From Oikopleura dioica (lineage: Eukaryota; Animalia; Chordata): DNA of 64,000 nt. The stretch lies in NCBI GenBank assembly GCA_907165135.1, contig OU015566.1, positions 4,774,001 to 4,838,000 of the forward strand. Reading direction: 5' to 3'. The translations under genes were made by a program, and so were the position numbers. Shown here piece after piece: positions 13,209 to 25,820 of the stretch (within the stretch, counting starts at the first letter, position 1; each line of letters starts with the position of its first letter). The notes beneath the pieces are model-generated. The model was not told where the DNA came from. It ran no database searches and worked only from the letters and a program-made list of their open reading frames with translations.

Positions 13209-14379
13209 ATGAAACTCTCAAATCTTCTGTTAGTCGCATCAGTCCATGGAAAAAGCGGTAGAAACTGGGTTGGGAAGAATTCGAACCGATATGTTCCCGA
13301 ATGCGAGTCTGGCAGATACAATGTCGCGGATATCTCGGTTCATGAAGAAAAATTAAACGATTCGGGCTCGAGCTGGGACGAAAGCTTGGACCATCATTTT
13401 GGCGCTTGTTGGATGCAAGGTTTATTTTCTCGGGGCTAAGAGGGTTGTTGAAGGAACATTCAGGAATGAGAAATCACATGGAAGACCGAGTGATCACGAG
13501 AAAATATCTGACGGACAAGCATCAAGCTATTTCATTGTACATCGTTTTCGACGGACACGGTGGCGACGAAATCGTCAAGCTCGCCGAAAAGAACCTCACT
13601 GGTTTCTTGTTTTTGAATTTCCCTTTTTCTTGACTTCCTTCAGATTTCCTCCTTGATTCCAATCAAAAACTCTTCGAATCACTTGAAAACCAAGCTGACG
13701 ACATCGACCCAAATGAGTTCAAAAAACTAGTAGAAATTCAATTTCCCAAGTTTGATGTCGAATTGATGCACGAAGAAAAGATTCATAAGAAACTGCTCGA
13801 TCCGAAAATCAGGTCGACTTCTGGATGCACTTGTACGGGTGTTTTTCTGACCCCGGATCATGTGATTCTCTTTAATGTTGGCGACTCGAGGACGATTCTG
13901 ATTAATGAGAATGAGGATAGCCCGGTTATTTTTGCTTCAAAGGTAACTTGATCATCAATACCTTTATCGTCAGTTTCTAGGACCACAAACCAGACGATCC
14001 CGTCGAAACCGCCCGAATCAACGCCGCCGGTGGTTTTGTCACGCTTCCTCCAAAGACCTACATCCCTCGAGTCATGGGCCAGCTCGCCCTTTCCCGCGCA
14101 TTCGGCGACTTCCAGCTCAAGATGAAACAGGTCTCCCAAAGCGAGCAGCCAGTCATCGTCGATCCTGACGTGACAATCCTTGATCGAAGCAAGGTCACCC
14201 ACATTGTCGTCGGATCAGACGGAGTTTTCGACGATTTAACGAACGAAGAAGTCGCCGCTTTCGCAACTGGAAAAGACGGCGATATTCAAAAACGAACTTA
14301 TGACTTGCTTCGAAAATCGCTCTCCGCTGGATCCCAAGATAATATGGCTGCGATCGTAATTGCGCTAGAATCAGAATAG
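13209..14379 (+). CDS. PP2C/PPM-family Ser/Thr phosphatase with an N-terminal signal-peptide-like segment
   Basis: QG/MRNHMED, VFDGHGG, NVGDSR, DHKP, LALSRAFGD, VGSDG and SQDN motifs across GT-AG introns. Confidence 0.9.
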
Positions 14380-15134
14380 GTTCTGAAAATTTCTTTTCTT
14401 TGCATGAAGCTTCACGCATTGATTCAGTGATGAATCAATACATGTCGTGTATTTTTGGTGTGCTTTTTCGAACCTTTTAAAGCTCCAGCGGAAGTAAAAG
14501 ATGAGCTCTAAAACAGCGTATATTTTTTCGCATTGGCGAAGAATATACGAATTCTCGGGGTGGGGATAAAAACTCTTAAACTGCTACTAGTTGCACTTTG
14601 GTTCTGATCTTCTGTTTTTCTGTATTGATTCAATAAAAAATTTCCGAATATGCTAACTACAAATGTTCTGAATAAGGATGTCTCTAAGCTTAATAATAAA
14701 TGGTCAATTTTGCTTAAAAAGTAGGTCAATTTACAATTAATCAGATTTTACGATGTCTAGCACCTTTCGGAGGTCACTAGGTTTGAGTCTCCCAGCGCAG
14801 GGATCGATCAGCAGGGCAGCCCAACACGCCTACAATATCAAATCCTCAGCAGGTTCAACACTGTGTCCTCCCTTACGTCATCTGGTAGTAATAAAAACCG
14901 CGCTTTTCAGAGTCTTTTTTCAGAAGGAGCCAGTTCGAAATTCGGACTCGCAAAAAATGCGATTTCCAGAAGAAAATGATTTTCTTCAATTCAGGTTTTG
15001 GTTTTACTTTCTCGGGATAAAGCATTTGTGCTTTTTCTCACGCTCATTTTTTCAAACATTTATTTGAGAAGTGAAAAACCAAAGAAATAAGAGAAAGACG
15101 AAGCGCGTCGATTGAAAAATTTGATCCTGACAGA

Positions 15135-16267
15135 ATGGATGAACTCGATATTGATATTCAATCTGGAGGGTTTCGAGATGGATTGACTCAAGCATTCACG
15201 CTCGTTCTTTTTACGGAAATTGCGGACAAGACCTTTTTCGTTGCTTGTATCATGGGTAGGTTCATGTAGGGTCAACGCTCCCTCATCCCCTAATGTCAAT
15301 TCTAGCGATGCGATACAACCGGTTGGTCGTCTTCGCTGGTGCTTGGGGAGCTCTTGTACTGATGACCTTCCTCTCCTGCGCCCTTGGTCACGTGGTCACC
15401 CAGCAGACTTGGCTCTCGACGTCCGTGACGCACTACATCGCCGCCAGTCTCTTCCTTATCTTCGCTCTCCACATGCTCTACGAAGGGTATCAAAACAAGG
15501 ACAATTCAGCGACGGAAGAAATGGAAGAAGTCGCCATGGAGCTGCGAGAAGATGACGAGGAGCTGCGCGTGCGATTCCGAAAGAACTCGACCACCGACTT
15601 GAAAGACGTCGATAATCCGCAAATGGTCGTGGAAATCGTGAGAAACTCGAGCTCCCCCTCGGAAAATGAGCCGATTGCTCAGTCGCATGTCAGTGAAATT
15701 AACACGACGAGGAGTAGAAGCTCTCCAGGAAATAGATTTTCAACTGACTGCCCTAGTCTTTCGCAAAATTCTCAAAAAAAAAAGTTTCGACACTTTCTTT
15801 CATGAAAATCGATGAAAAAGACAGTGGACTTCCAGCGATCCAAGAAAGCGATGAAAACATCACTTGCTTGAAAAAAGTGGAGAAATTCTTGACAATTTTC
15901 ATCAACCCCGTCTTTCTCAAAGCCTTCGTTTTGACCTTCCTCGCGGAATGGGGCGATCGTTCCCAGATTTCTACAATTGTTCTTGCTGTTTCTACGGTAC
16001 ATTCCCTCCAGTTTTGTCTTTTTCCTAAAAAAGCTTCAGGATAAAACGGCTGTTTTCTTCGGAGGAATCATCGGCCATTTCGTCTGTACTTCCGCAGCGA
16101 TCATCTTTGGCCGGCTTATTGCTAACCGAATCAAGCTATTTTACCGTAAGCAATAGTTTTTCTCAACACTTTGCTAATCTCTTTCAGTAAATATCGCTGG
16201 AGGAATTATTTTCATCGCCTTTTCGGCCTACACTTTCTACCTAGCCGCTACTGGCGAAAACGACTAA
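15135..16267 (+). CDS. TMEM165: TMEM165/GDT1 (UPF0016) Ca2+/Mn2+ transporter
   Basis: EIADKTFF..MAMRY and LAEWGDRSQI motifs, acidic central loop, ends AATGEND*. Confidence 0.9.
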
Positions 16268-16438
16268 TTGAAAAGCCAGCCCCGTAGAAAAGTTCCTATT
16301 GTACTGTAACACTCCTTCTGTGATACAGTAGGCTACAATATTTGTTTGTTTGTCGCTGTTTTTTGTCTGAATGTGCTCCTTTTTTTGAAAATAAAAGTTT
16401 CAAGGGGAAAAAAATCGAACTTTTTATTGAAAAAAAAA

Positions 16439-19156
16439 TCAGTTGTCGCGTGGAACAAGCAGGAACTTGCGCTCTTTTGGCTGGAGGAAGTGGTGCATCG
16501 GCGCGTGGTGAGGTTGTCGCGTCCAGAAGCTGTTCCAGCCTTCTTCGCTTTCGACCACGGGCATTGGATGGTCAGGGTGCAGTTTGAATTCAAAATGTCT
16601 GAGTTTTTAATTCGATGTCGCTGAGCTCGATGGTCTTACTTGATGAAATGCTTCATGAAATGAAACAGCTCGATGTCGGCCAAAATCTGTCCGGGGCAGG
16701 ATCGTTTGCCAGTGTTGAAAGGGTGCTGATATGGCGACTTTTGGAACTCTCCATCTTCGTTCAGATGCCTGTCTGGATTGAATTTCCAAGGGTCCTACAT
16801 TCGGTAAGATAAGCAGGCGAATTCCACTGACCTTGAAATATTTCTCATTCATGTTTGCTCCGGTAATGCTGAAGCAAATAAATTCGTCCTTTTCGAAAGT
16901 CTCCCCTAAAAGAACAAAATAAAAAAAAAGTCGCCGAAGATAACCGTATAATCTAACCAAGGATTTCTGTTTTCTCGGTAATACTGTGCAGCAAACTTCT
17001 GTAGATCATCGGGCAGTATCTGTAGATCTCGTAAATTGTGGCGAGCAAGTAGGGGCATTCCTTGAACTCGTCGGCGCGAAAGTTTTGAGACTCGAGGATT
17101 TTGTAGAGCTTTTCCTGGACAGCTGGGAAGCGGGCGAGATTCATCATGATTCCAGAGGTGACGGAAGCGGTCGTATCTGCCCCAGCTGAAAACGGGTGCT
17201 TGAAATTCTAGTGCGAGGATTTGAAATTTACTCATGCAAAGTTGCTGGATCAGATTTATAACATCCCATTCTTCCATCTTTCCTTGAGCTTGATCGGTTT
17301 GAAGGATCGCCAAGAGACTTTCAGTTTCGTCGCCGAGAGACCAGTTTTTATTGTGCATTTCTTGCAAGTCCAGAATATCATCGTATAGTCCCTTAAAAAG
17401 CAAATAATCTCAGCACTCTTTCAATTTTTAAATTGTCATTCTTAAATAAACCTGTTGGTAAGCGACCCAATCCGGCCAAAATCGCAAAGGTATCCAAGCA
17501 CGAAGCCAGCTCGGAAGATGAATGAAGAACAGTTTGTACTTGTCCAGCTTTACTACGCTTTCAAGGGCGTTGTTCGCGTACAAGCAGATTCTGTCCCGGT
17601 AATCTGTGTGCTTGGACAAGTCAATGTCGAGTGCAAAATCAAGGACGACGGTCAAGGCAGCGGGCATCGTATAGGAAAATGTGTCGATCGGTTTGGTTCC
17701 GTTTTCGCCAACTCTTTTGAGCGTCTCGACGACCCAAGGAATCTGAGCATCAACTTTTGCCACCCATTTTGGCTCATATTGCTTTCTTGATGCCAGTTCC
17801 ATCAATCTTCGACGGCAGAGTTTTGAAATTTTCGTTCCTTTCGGGTCGGATCGTTTGTGATCGCGCATCAAGCCGATTGTTTCGTTCGACATTGTTTCCC
17901 AGTTTCGACCTTTCTTTTTCCGCCTAAATCATGTTTTTTTGCTGAAAAATAAAAGTTGGCATATCTGATAAAAACCGGTTTTAATTCGAGAATCGCGCCA
18001 TTTCACTCGATCACAAAAAAAACGAGAAGATTTTCGCCAAGTTTTGACCATTTTTTTCCGGTATTTGAAGAGAAAAAACTGCTAGAAACTATTACAAAAA
18101 CCGAGACTTCTTTTTTTTTTGTTAAAAATGAATTTTTTTCAAAAAAACAACCCAAATTTTTTTAGACCCTCGAAGTCTTGGAGAGTCTCATTTTTCGATT
18201 CCACAAAAATGTCTACTGAGGTAACTTTTTATAATTTCAAAAAAGAAAACATGCTTCATTCTAGGAGGAGAAATTCGTGGAAGCCCTCTCGATCTACACG
18301 AAGAAATTCAATAAAAATGGAATCGTCACCAACGAAGAATTTGTAGCCATTTTGCGATCTTTTGGACTAGACTTCAATGAGGCTGAGGCTAAGGTAAATT
18401 AAAAATAAAAAAAATAAGCTCCTGATTCGTTAATTTTAGATGCTCCAAAAGTATTTTGAAGAAGCCCACAAACGAAGAGAAAAGTTCGAGGATGAAAAAC
18501 GAAGGCTCAAAGAGTTGGAGGATGAAAAACGAAAGCTCAAAGCTGAAGCTGAAGAGTGGAAAGAAAAAGCGGACGCGGAGTTGGAGGCAATGAAGAAAGA
18601 AGTCGAGGCGGCGAAGGAAGAATTCGTAGCCGTCCATCAATGGTATCATCTTCTCATGGCAGAACTTGGCTTAGCTGAGGCCAACCCTTGCTAATTCCGT
18701 TTTTCCTGTCGTGAAAATTTCTAGTTTTAATAATATATTCGAAAACGATCTTCATGATCTTTATTTAGCAAGGCAAAAAAGATAAGGGTGTGACTCTATA
18801 AATTATGATTTATAAAAAACGAACCTGTATTCAGCCAAAAGATGCCACCATCCGGTCATCTCAAAATGCCCGCCGACGGCTTCGCTTTTCGAAAAAATCT
18901 CTTTCGCCTTGATCGGATCATTAATCACATGCAGGTTCATCTTCAGAAGCCCTCCCAAAGTATCCAGGAGCGGGTAAGAGTACATCGGCAAACTTCTCTT
19001 GTGTCCTTCGAAAAAGCTCTGGACGACATAGTAAGGCCCGTCATCGGCTAAGTCGACTTTTGGGCGAATATGGGGGATTTTCGGGTGTTTGTCTCTTGTT
19101 ATCCACCATTTTAAGGCGGCGAGGGAAACTACAAGCGCTGATATTTCGGTCAGCAT
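16439..19156 (-). CDS. Cytochrome P450
   Basis: N-terminal anchor MLTEISALVVSLAALKWW, I-helix GADTT, EIYR (ExxR), FNPDRH, heme motif PFNTGKRSCPG; first intron 17924-18824. Confidence 0.92.
18209..18694 (+). CDS. Nested antisense gene: degenerate EF-hand/calmodulin-like N-terminus plus coiled coil
   Basis: MSTE/EEKFVEALSIYTKKFNKNGIVTNEEFVAILRSFGLDFNEAEAK/MLQKYFEE..ANPC*; two in-frame GT-AG introns; lies wholly inside P450 intron 1. Confidence 0.75.
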
Positions 19157-19342
19157 CGCGTTTTCTTTGACTTTCGCCCTCAATTTGCTCGGAATACGGA
19201 TATCTCGCCAGAATTTTCGAAGGCAAATAAACAAATATTTGGCGGAAGATGTTACGAAATCGCAAGCTTACGTAATGATCATTTTCCTCGGAGGCTGACA
19301 GTATTCACAGTTTATTTACAGTTAATCACGGGAAAGAAGCAA

Positions 19343-21075
19343 TTACAGGAGATAATTTTTCTTCCAGTCGAAACCAGCGGACTCGTTCCAAAACTTGTCT
19401 TTGCACGCGTTTTTGCCTTGAAAAAAATAATCCAGAATTTTTTATGAAAAAAAATTACCCCAGTCGCAGCACTGCCGACAAACAGACGGTCCTCGTTTCT
19501 TCGTAAGCCTGCATTGATCATCTGCCCCGCCATTTTTAAAATTGTGGTTTCTCATGTTGACACAGGCGAGTTTCTGCTTGCAGTCCTTGATGACTCCGAT
19601 CAAGCGCCCGTTTCGCTTCCTGACCGAAGTGAAACAAACCTCATCCCAGCCGCACTTTACCTCCTGCGCTTTCTTGTGGCAGTCGAAGAAATTCTTGCCG
19701 CTGCAACGCATGCAAGTCATTTTATACTTACCTTGGTTTTGGCCTTGCGAAACGGCTTTGTTAGCTGGCTGTCGGGGGCGAGTAACTCTTCGTGGTGGGG
19801 TTTTCTTTGGAGCTTGAGTAGTCGAAGTCGGTAGGCCAACTGATGAAGCGAGGATGTAATCGTTGTTGTTGGCGGCTGTGAGGGAGGACCAGACGTTGAT
19901 GTCGCCCAGACACGATTCCTAAAAGATAAATATGATCCTTCCAAATCTCTTAGTTACCTTGAACCCGACCATATTGATCTGATTTTCTTTGTTCAAGCAA
20001 ATCACTGGATTCCCGACGTCATTTTCTCTACATCCAAACGAGCTGCTGCAAAAATCGCCTTCAGAACAATTTTCCATTTCCAAGCTCTTCGACTTGTAAA
20101 AAGCTTGTCTTGTATCGAGCTCCCAGCATTGCCCAAAATTTTCATTGACTTGGGGGAAGCAAGCTGGTCGAGTGAGACTTTTTTGGGTTAAAAAATATTT
20201 TTTGAGAAATTTTCGAAAAATTTTTTGAGAAATTTTTTTGAGAAATTTTTTGAGAAATTTTTTTGAGAAATTTTTTGAGAAATTTTTTTGAAAAATTTTT
20301 TGAGAAATTATTTTTGAGAAATTTTTTGAGAAATTTTTTTGAGAAATTTTTTGAGAAATTTTTTGAGAAATTTTTTTAGAAATTTTTCGAAGAATTTTTG
20401 GAAAATTTTGGAGAAATTTTTGAAAAATTTTTCGAGAAATTTTTTGAGAAATTTTTATCCCGTTCCTTGACCAAGTCAGACTTTCTTCCAATTCGATCGA
20501 GCAAAAGTTTCCATTTTCATTACTGAGATGCGCGAAATCGTGAACGGTTCCTGTATTAGTACTGAAGCTGATCAAAGTCGACATTGATTTTTCTTCAATT
20601 TCCGAGCAACAAGCAGTTGGTGCCAAAAGTGTTGTGCTGCCAAGGATTATTCCGTTGCAGATTTCTGAAAAAATGGGTCCTTGAAAAGAATTCTTGAAAA
20701 TGTACCTCTGTCATTAGCAATCACGTGGACCAGAAAAGGTAGCTCTTCGTCTAAATGCAGGCCGATTCCTCGAACTCCGACGAAATTCCCGAATGGGTCA
20801 TGTGAGCAGTCGAGATTCGCCGACTCTGGAATCGCGATCTTTTCAATGGTTGAAGAAAAATCAAAAAAATTTTTCGAGAAAATTTTTTCTAATTTTTCAA
20901 AATTTTTCGACCATTTTCTTTGAGGCTTCATGTTTTCTCTCGCCAATATCTTCAATTCCGCTCTTAAAAAGTCTTTTAAAATTTTTGTATTTTTGAAATA
21001 ATTTACTTCGTTGTTTCCGACTTCGCTGTATCCGATTTGACCATTTGCAAACGCGGTCAAAAATAGAAAACGCAT
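19343..21075 (-). CDS. Secreted catalytically dead trypsin-like domain fused to a C-terminal three-finger/Ly6-like Cys-rich domain
   Basis: Signal MRFLFLTAFANG; PFLVHV..ICNGIILGSTTLLAPTACC (TAAHC position); CRENDVGNPVIC (GDSGGP position); linker; CMRC..CFTSVRKR..CKQKLAC..SVCRQCC. Confidence 0.7.
20200..20455. repeat. Intronic tandem repeat of about 12-14 bp (gagaaatttttt)
   Basis: About 20 imperfect copies in an intron of the protease-homolog gene. Confidence 0.9.
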
Positions 21076-22339
21076 TTTTGATTCTTTTCTTGTTTCAGGA
21101 AAAATGAAATTGATGAGTTTGAAAGAGAGATATTCGCGTAATTGAATAAGGACCGGAGTGATAAATGCGGTCGCTACAGCGCCCTCGGAGTCTAGATGAA
21201 AATGGATTCAGTGGGCATGAAAGGACAGTTTTGAAGCTTGGCTTATCAGATTGGTGGTCGAGATCTAGGTCAACTTTTCCTTCAAAAGTTAACTTTTTTC
21301 GGTTGACTCTTCGTTTCAATGAAAAATTAAATAGCGGGGAAAATATTCTTTTCAAGTGTCTAGTTTGTTGTCTGCATCTTCATTTAGTTTCTTATAAAAA
21401 GGAGCCCGAGAACTTGAATTGCAAGTCCGGGATTTTGAAATCCCTCTCAAGTTCTCTTTTTTCTTTCGCTAACTGTGAAAGCGAATCAAGCTGATGATAT
21501 CAGGAAAGATTCTGAAAAGCCAATTGTTATTTTTGAACCGGGGTTGTTTTTAACCCCCAGTACACTTACCCCTGATAAATTATCCTCAAAAGAATATATG
21601 GAAGTGCATTTTTAGATCACCAATAAGATTGCAAGATTTGGCCTACCTGCCAATCGAAACCCTGATCCATAAAATCACTTCCAAAATTGGTTTCCCAATT
21701 TATTGGCACGTTTTTGGCCCAAAAATTTTTGGGGATAAATAGAATTGGGGGCCCCAAGTTCGGACTAAAGATATGCTCCCAAGAATGTTTCCCCTCTAAA
21801 AATTCATCGATCTTTATTGAGCAAAGAAATACAGGCGACGTTGAAGTCTTAATGGTCTCCGAAAATTACTACTGGCGATTTTCTTCAAAGCCGAATTCAT
21901 GAAAAAATGGGGAATCTTTGGAAGGGAAGAAATGTCGCTGATGGTTACTCACCCTTTTAACTCACGCTAAAAATAAACGAAACAGTAATAGACTCTCAAA
22001 TTTCAATTTTCCCCAGAAAATGGAAATTTCGACCATTCTTTTCACACATTGTTATGCGCGAAAAAACGGAATGCAACGCTAGAAATGCGGCCATTCTAAA
22101 ACTAATGCGGTGGAAAATCGACGACCCTCTGGGACAAGTCCTTGAGGGCCGCTCCAAGATCGAATAAGGAAATTCAAGCATTTTGAGAAAAATGTCTGGT
22201 GGTCGATTAATTGGGGCTCTATCCGCGATTTCGGGAAACTTTCTAACTTTTGGCTGTGCAGTTAATTTAGTTTTGAAAGAGAATAATAGCTCATTAAAAG
22301 TTCAAAAAGAGCTTTACAAAAAAAAATTCCAGTTATTTC

Positions 22340-22740
22340 AGCTCAGCTCAGCTCAGCTCACCTCAGCCAGCTCAGCTCAGCTCAACCAGCTCAGCTCAGC
22401 TCAGCCAGCTCAGCTTAGCTCAGCCAGCTCAGCTCAGCTCAGCTCAGCTCACCTCAGCTCAGTTCAGCCAGCTCAGCTCAGCTCAGTTCAGCTCAGCTCA
22501 GCTCAGCTCAGCCAGCTCAGCTCAGCCCAGCCAGCTCAGCTCAGCTCAGCTCAGCCTAGTTCAGCTCAGCTCTTAAAAGGGTATGCTCATCTCAGCTCCA
22601 CTACATTAAAATATTTCTGCTCAGCTCAACTCGGCTCAATGACCTCGCAAAATAGGACAGCTCAGCTCAGCTCAATGGCAGCTGATAAAGATCCGCTCAG
22701 CTCAGAGAAATTTTCATTCATTTCAGCTTAGCTCAGCAGA
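22340..22740. repeat. AGCTC pentamer array (same family as 1-170, 33303, 42835)
   Basis: Long (cagct/agctc)n runs with unique inserts. Confidence 0.9.
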
Positions 22741-23329
22741 AATTAATCAAAATTGGCATCTCGGATTTTAGCTTGTCTGTACTTGCTAAAATGCGAAATC
22801 TGCTGTTACAGACGATGGAACTGTGACATTTGGGCCCCGTCGGATAATCCAGTAACGCCCTTAGCGAAGCAAAATGAGTTGCCAAATGAAATTGATCCGC
22901 CACGGCGCTCGTATTTAGAGACCTCTAATGAACCTTTCTGGATGACCACTACCATTTTCAAAATCTGGAATGTTCACTTTCCAATGACATCTTTGATGCG
23001 ATTCTAATAAAGCGCGCCAAATTTATGTCATGCCGGGGGAGTTGATTTGAATTGCTAATTTTTAAATCAAGGGTCTTTTTACTCGCTGATTTTGATTTTA
23101 GAATTATATTATATTTACATTTGAAATCTCAGCCTTGAACACAACATCTTCTATGTTTTAATTACCTGCAGCCACCCTTTTGATCTTCATCCCTGGTACA
23201 TATCATATGTACCATACATATGTAAGATATGTATAACTTTGAGCTTACCCCTCTTGTTCTTCCATGAAAGTTTTATTTGAGATCATAAACAATTTACTTT
23301 GGAAGACTTTTTGGATCCTTTTTTCAAAA

Positions 23330-24317
23330 ATGAGGCGCAAAATTGAGCTCATCGCAGCTTTTTTCATTTTTCTCGCCGTTATTGTAGCCTCCTTGCTCGT
23401 TGGATTGAAAAAGGGACAAAAATCGAGGAAATCGAGGTGGTGAATTTTACGGATGGATTTGAGCAGTTCGCGAGCAAGAAGGAAGAAGAGCCGATTACGA
23501 TTCAAATTGGAGGAAAAAGAAGAATGCTTCGTTATCTCTCGCTGTGCTGACTTTTCAAGAAGCGCTAGATTTTTGTGAAAAGAGAAACAAAGCAATGCCG
23601 GATGACGTTTTTGAGATTGCTGAAGAAGGAATCGGATTTTCATTTTTTATGTTTTTTTTATTTCGGAAAAATGGAACAGCGAAAAAAGATGATAAAACAT
23701 TTTTCGACCATGAGACGGCCTACGACATTTTGATTTGGATAAATGCTTCGTTTTCGGTGGCGAACTATTCACTGAAAGCTCAAGTAAAAGCAGGGCCTCC
23801 AATGAACTCAATATTGGAGAAGACTTGGCTGGAATTTCTCGAGAAACCGCTCTGGATTGGGCAGCTTTATGGCACTTCAAAAAACCGGAAGAGAATTTTC
23901 TTTATTACAACACGGTAGTACCATTGCAAAGGGTTCAAACAATTCATTTCATTTGCAAAAAGACCGATACTCGAATGAAACTGCAAAAATAAAAATTCAA
24001 ACAAGGTAAAAATTGAAACTTAAAAATGAGAAATTTCAACACTTTTTATTTTCTTTTCTAGCTTTTCATTTGACACCATCCCCTGTTCGCCAATGATCAT
24101 CGACAACAACTTTCTCCAGCAGCATTTTAGCGGAGAAAATTTTCTCCGAAACAATGTGAAACTTTTCAGCGGACTTTTCCGAAAAGATTTTAATGAGGAG
24201 AAATCTCGCGAATTGAATCTAACTTTCAGAAATGATGAAAACTTTGCTCTTTCCCTGATGAGAGGAACTTTGAGAACAGTTGAGCAGCAGTCTGTCAGAA
24301 AAGTTATCTGCGTTTGA
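23330..24317 (+). pseudogene. Frameshifted copy 1 of a type II membrane C-type-lectin-like gene
   Basis: Collinear with 24674-25658 but has two 1-nt deletions in A runs (about 23410 and 23516), which could be sequencing errors. Confidence 0.6.
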
Positions 24318-24673
24318 GTCGATTTGAATAAAATTTTAGTTTGTTTTTCGTTAAAAGATTGGAAATTGGAAATTTCGGCTTGCAGTTCAAAGCAAAATAA
24401 GAGTGAAAACATGTTTTTGTTTCGCAAAGAAAAAGTTGTTTTTCAGGAAGTCTTCGTTGATTTCAGCTTTTTTTTATTTTACAAGATCTTGGTTAGGGCT
24501 AGGGTTAGGGTTCCTTTATTAGTAGTTATATATTTTTATGGTATAAATAACATTTTGAGAAAAAATATATGAGAGAATCTAAATTATTATGAGCTTGCGC
24601 ATACTCATACTTTCATAAACAGTTATTCAGATAATTTCTGGCTGAGAGCACTTTTTGAATAATTTTTACAAAA

Positions 24674-25658
24674 ATGAAGCGAAAAATTGAGCTCATCGCA
24701 GCTCTCGTCGTTTTTCTTTCCGTAATTTTGGCCTCTTTGATCGTCGGATTGAAAAAAAGGACAAAAATCGACAAAATCGAGATGGGGAATTTTACTGATG
24801 GATTTGAGCAGTTCGCGAGCGAGAAAGAAGAAGAGCCGATTACTATCAAAATCGGAGGAATCAAGAAGAATGCTTCATTGTCTATCGGCGTGCTGACTTT
24901 TCAAGAAGGGCTGGACTTCTGTGAAAAAAGAGGGAAATTAATGCCAGATGATGTTTTCGAGATTGCGGAAGAAGGAACCGATTTTCTATTTTTGAAAATT
25001 TTTTTTCAGAAAATGGGAAAATCGAAGTCAGCTGATAAAACATTCTCCGACCACGAAAAGGCCCACGACCTTTTTGTCTGGATAAATGCTTCGTTTTCAG
25101 TCGCGAACTATTCAATCAAAGCTCAAATAAAAGCAGGGCCTTCGTTAAGTTCAGTTTTGGAAAAGACTTGGCTGGAATTTCTTGAGAAACCGATCTGGAT
25201 TATGCAAACTTATCGCACTTCGAAGAAACCTGGGGAGAGTTTTCTTTATTACAACACGGTGGAGGCATTTCAGAGGGTTAAAAGAATCAGTTTTATTTGC
25301 GAAGAGGACCGTTTTTTAAATGGAACTGGAGAGATAAAAATTCAAACAAGGTAAAAATCAAAACTTGAAAATCAAAAATTTCAACGATCTTTTTTCTTTT
25401 AGTTTTTCAATTGAATCCATCCCGTGTTCGCCAATGATCATCACCAACATCTTTCTTAAAGAATATTTCAGCGGAGAAAATTTTCTCCGAAACAATGTGA
25501 ATCTTTTTAGCGGGCTGTATCGAAAAGATTTTAATAAGGAAAAATCTCGCCAGTTAAATCTGACTTTCAAAAATGAGGAAAACTTTGCTCTTTCCTTGAT
25601 GAGAGGAACTTTGAGAACAGTTGAGCAGCAATCTGTTAGAAAAGTCATCTGCGTTTGA
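24674..25658 (+). CDS. Type II membrane protein with degenerate C-type-lectin-like domain(s), copy 2
   Basis: N-terminal TM (IELIAALVVFLSVILASLIVGL); LTFQEGLDFCEKRG..FVWINA..SFICE resemble CTLD motifs; final exon ends RKVICV*. Confidence 0.6.
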
Positions 25659-25820
25659 GATTTTTTTGAATACATAAAATTTCAAAATTGGAGTGTATTT
25701 TTTTTTGATTGAAAATTTCAAAGTTTGGCTTGCAGTTCAAAGCAAAGTAAGAGTGAAAACATGTTTTTTTGCAAAAAAAAAGGTTGTTTTTTAGGACGTC
25801 TTCGTTGATTTCAGCTTTTT

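Noticed and set aside
20200-20455. Regular repeat arrays (also 37445, 44475, 55590, 60277) as CRISPR-like arrays
   Set aside because: No unique spacers between constant repeats, no cas genes, and all lie in eukaryotic introns.
19919-20626. KISQKI-repeat region as a coding repeat domain
   Set aside because: The repeat lies between a GT donor and the resumption of protease-like sequence, so it is an intron that happens to be stop-free.
22183-22731. 182-aa SSAQL-repeat ORF as a real protein
   Set aside because: It is a translation of the AGCTC repeat family that recurs in non-coding positions elsewhere in the window.
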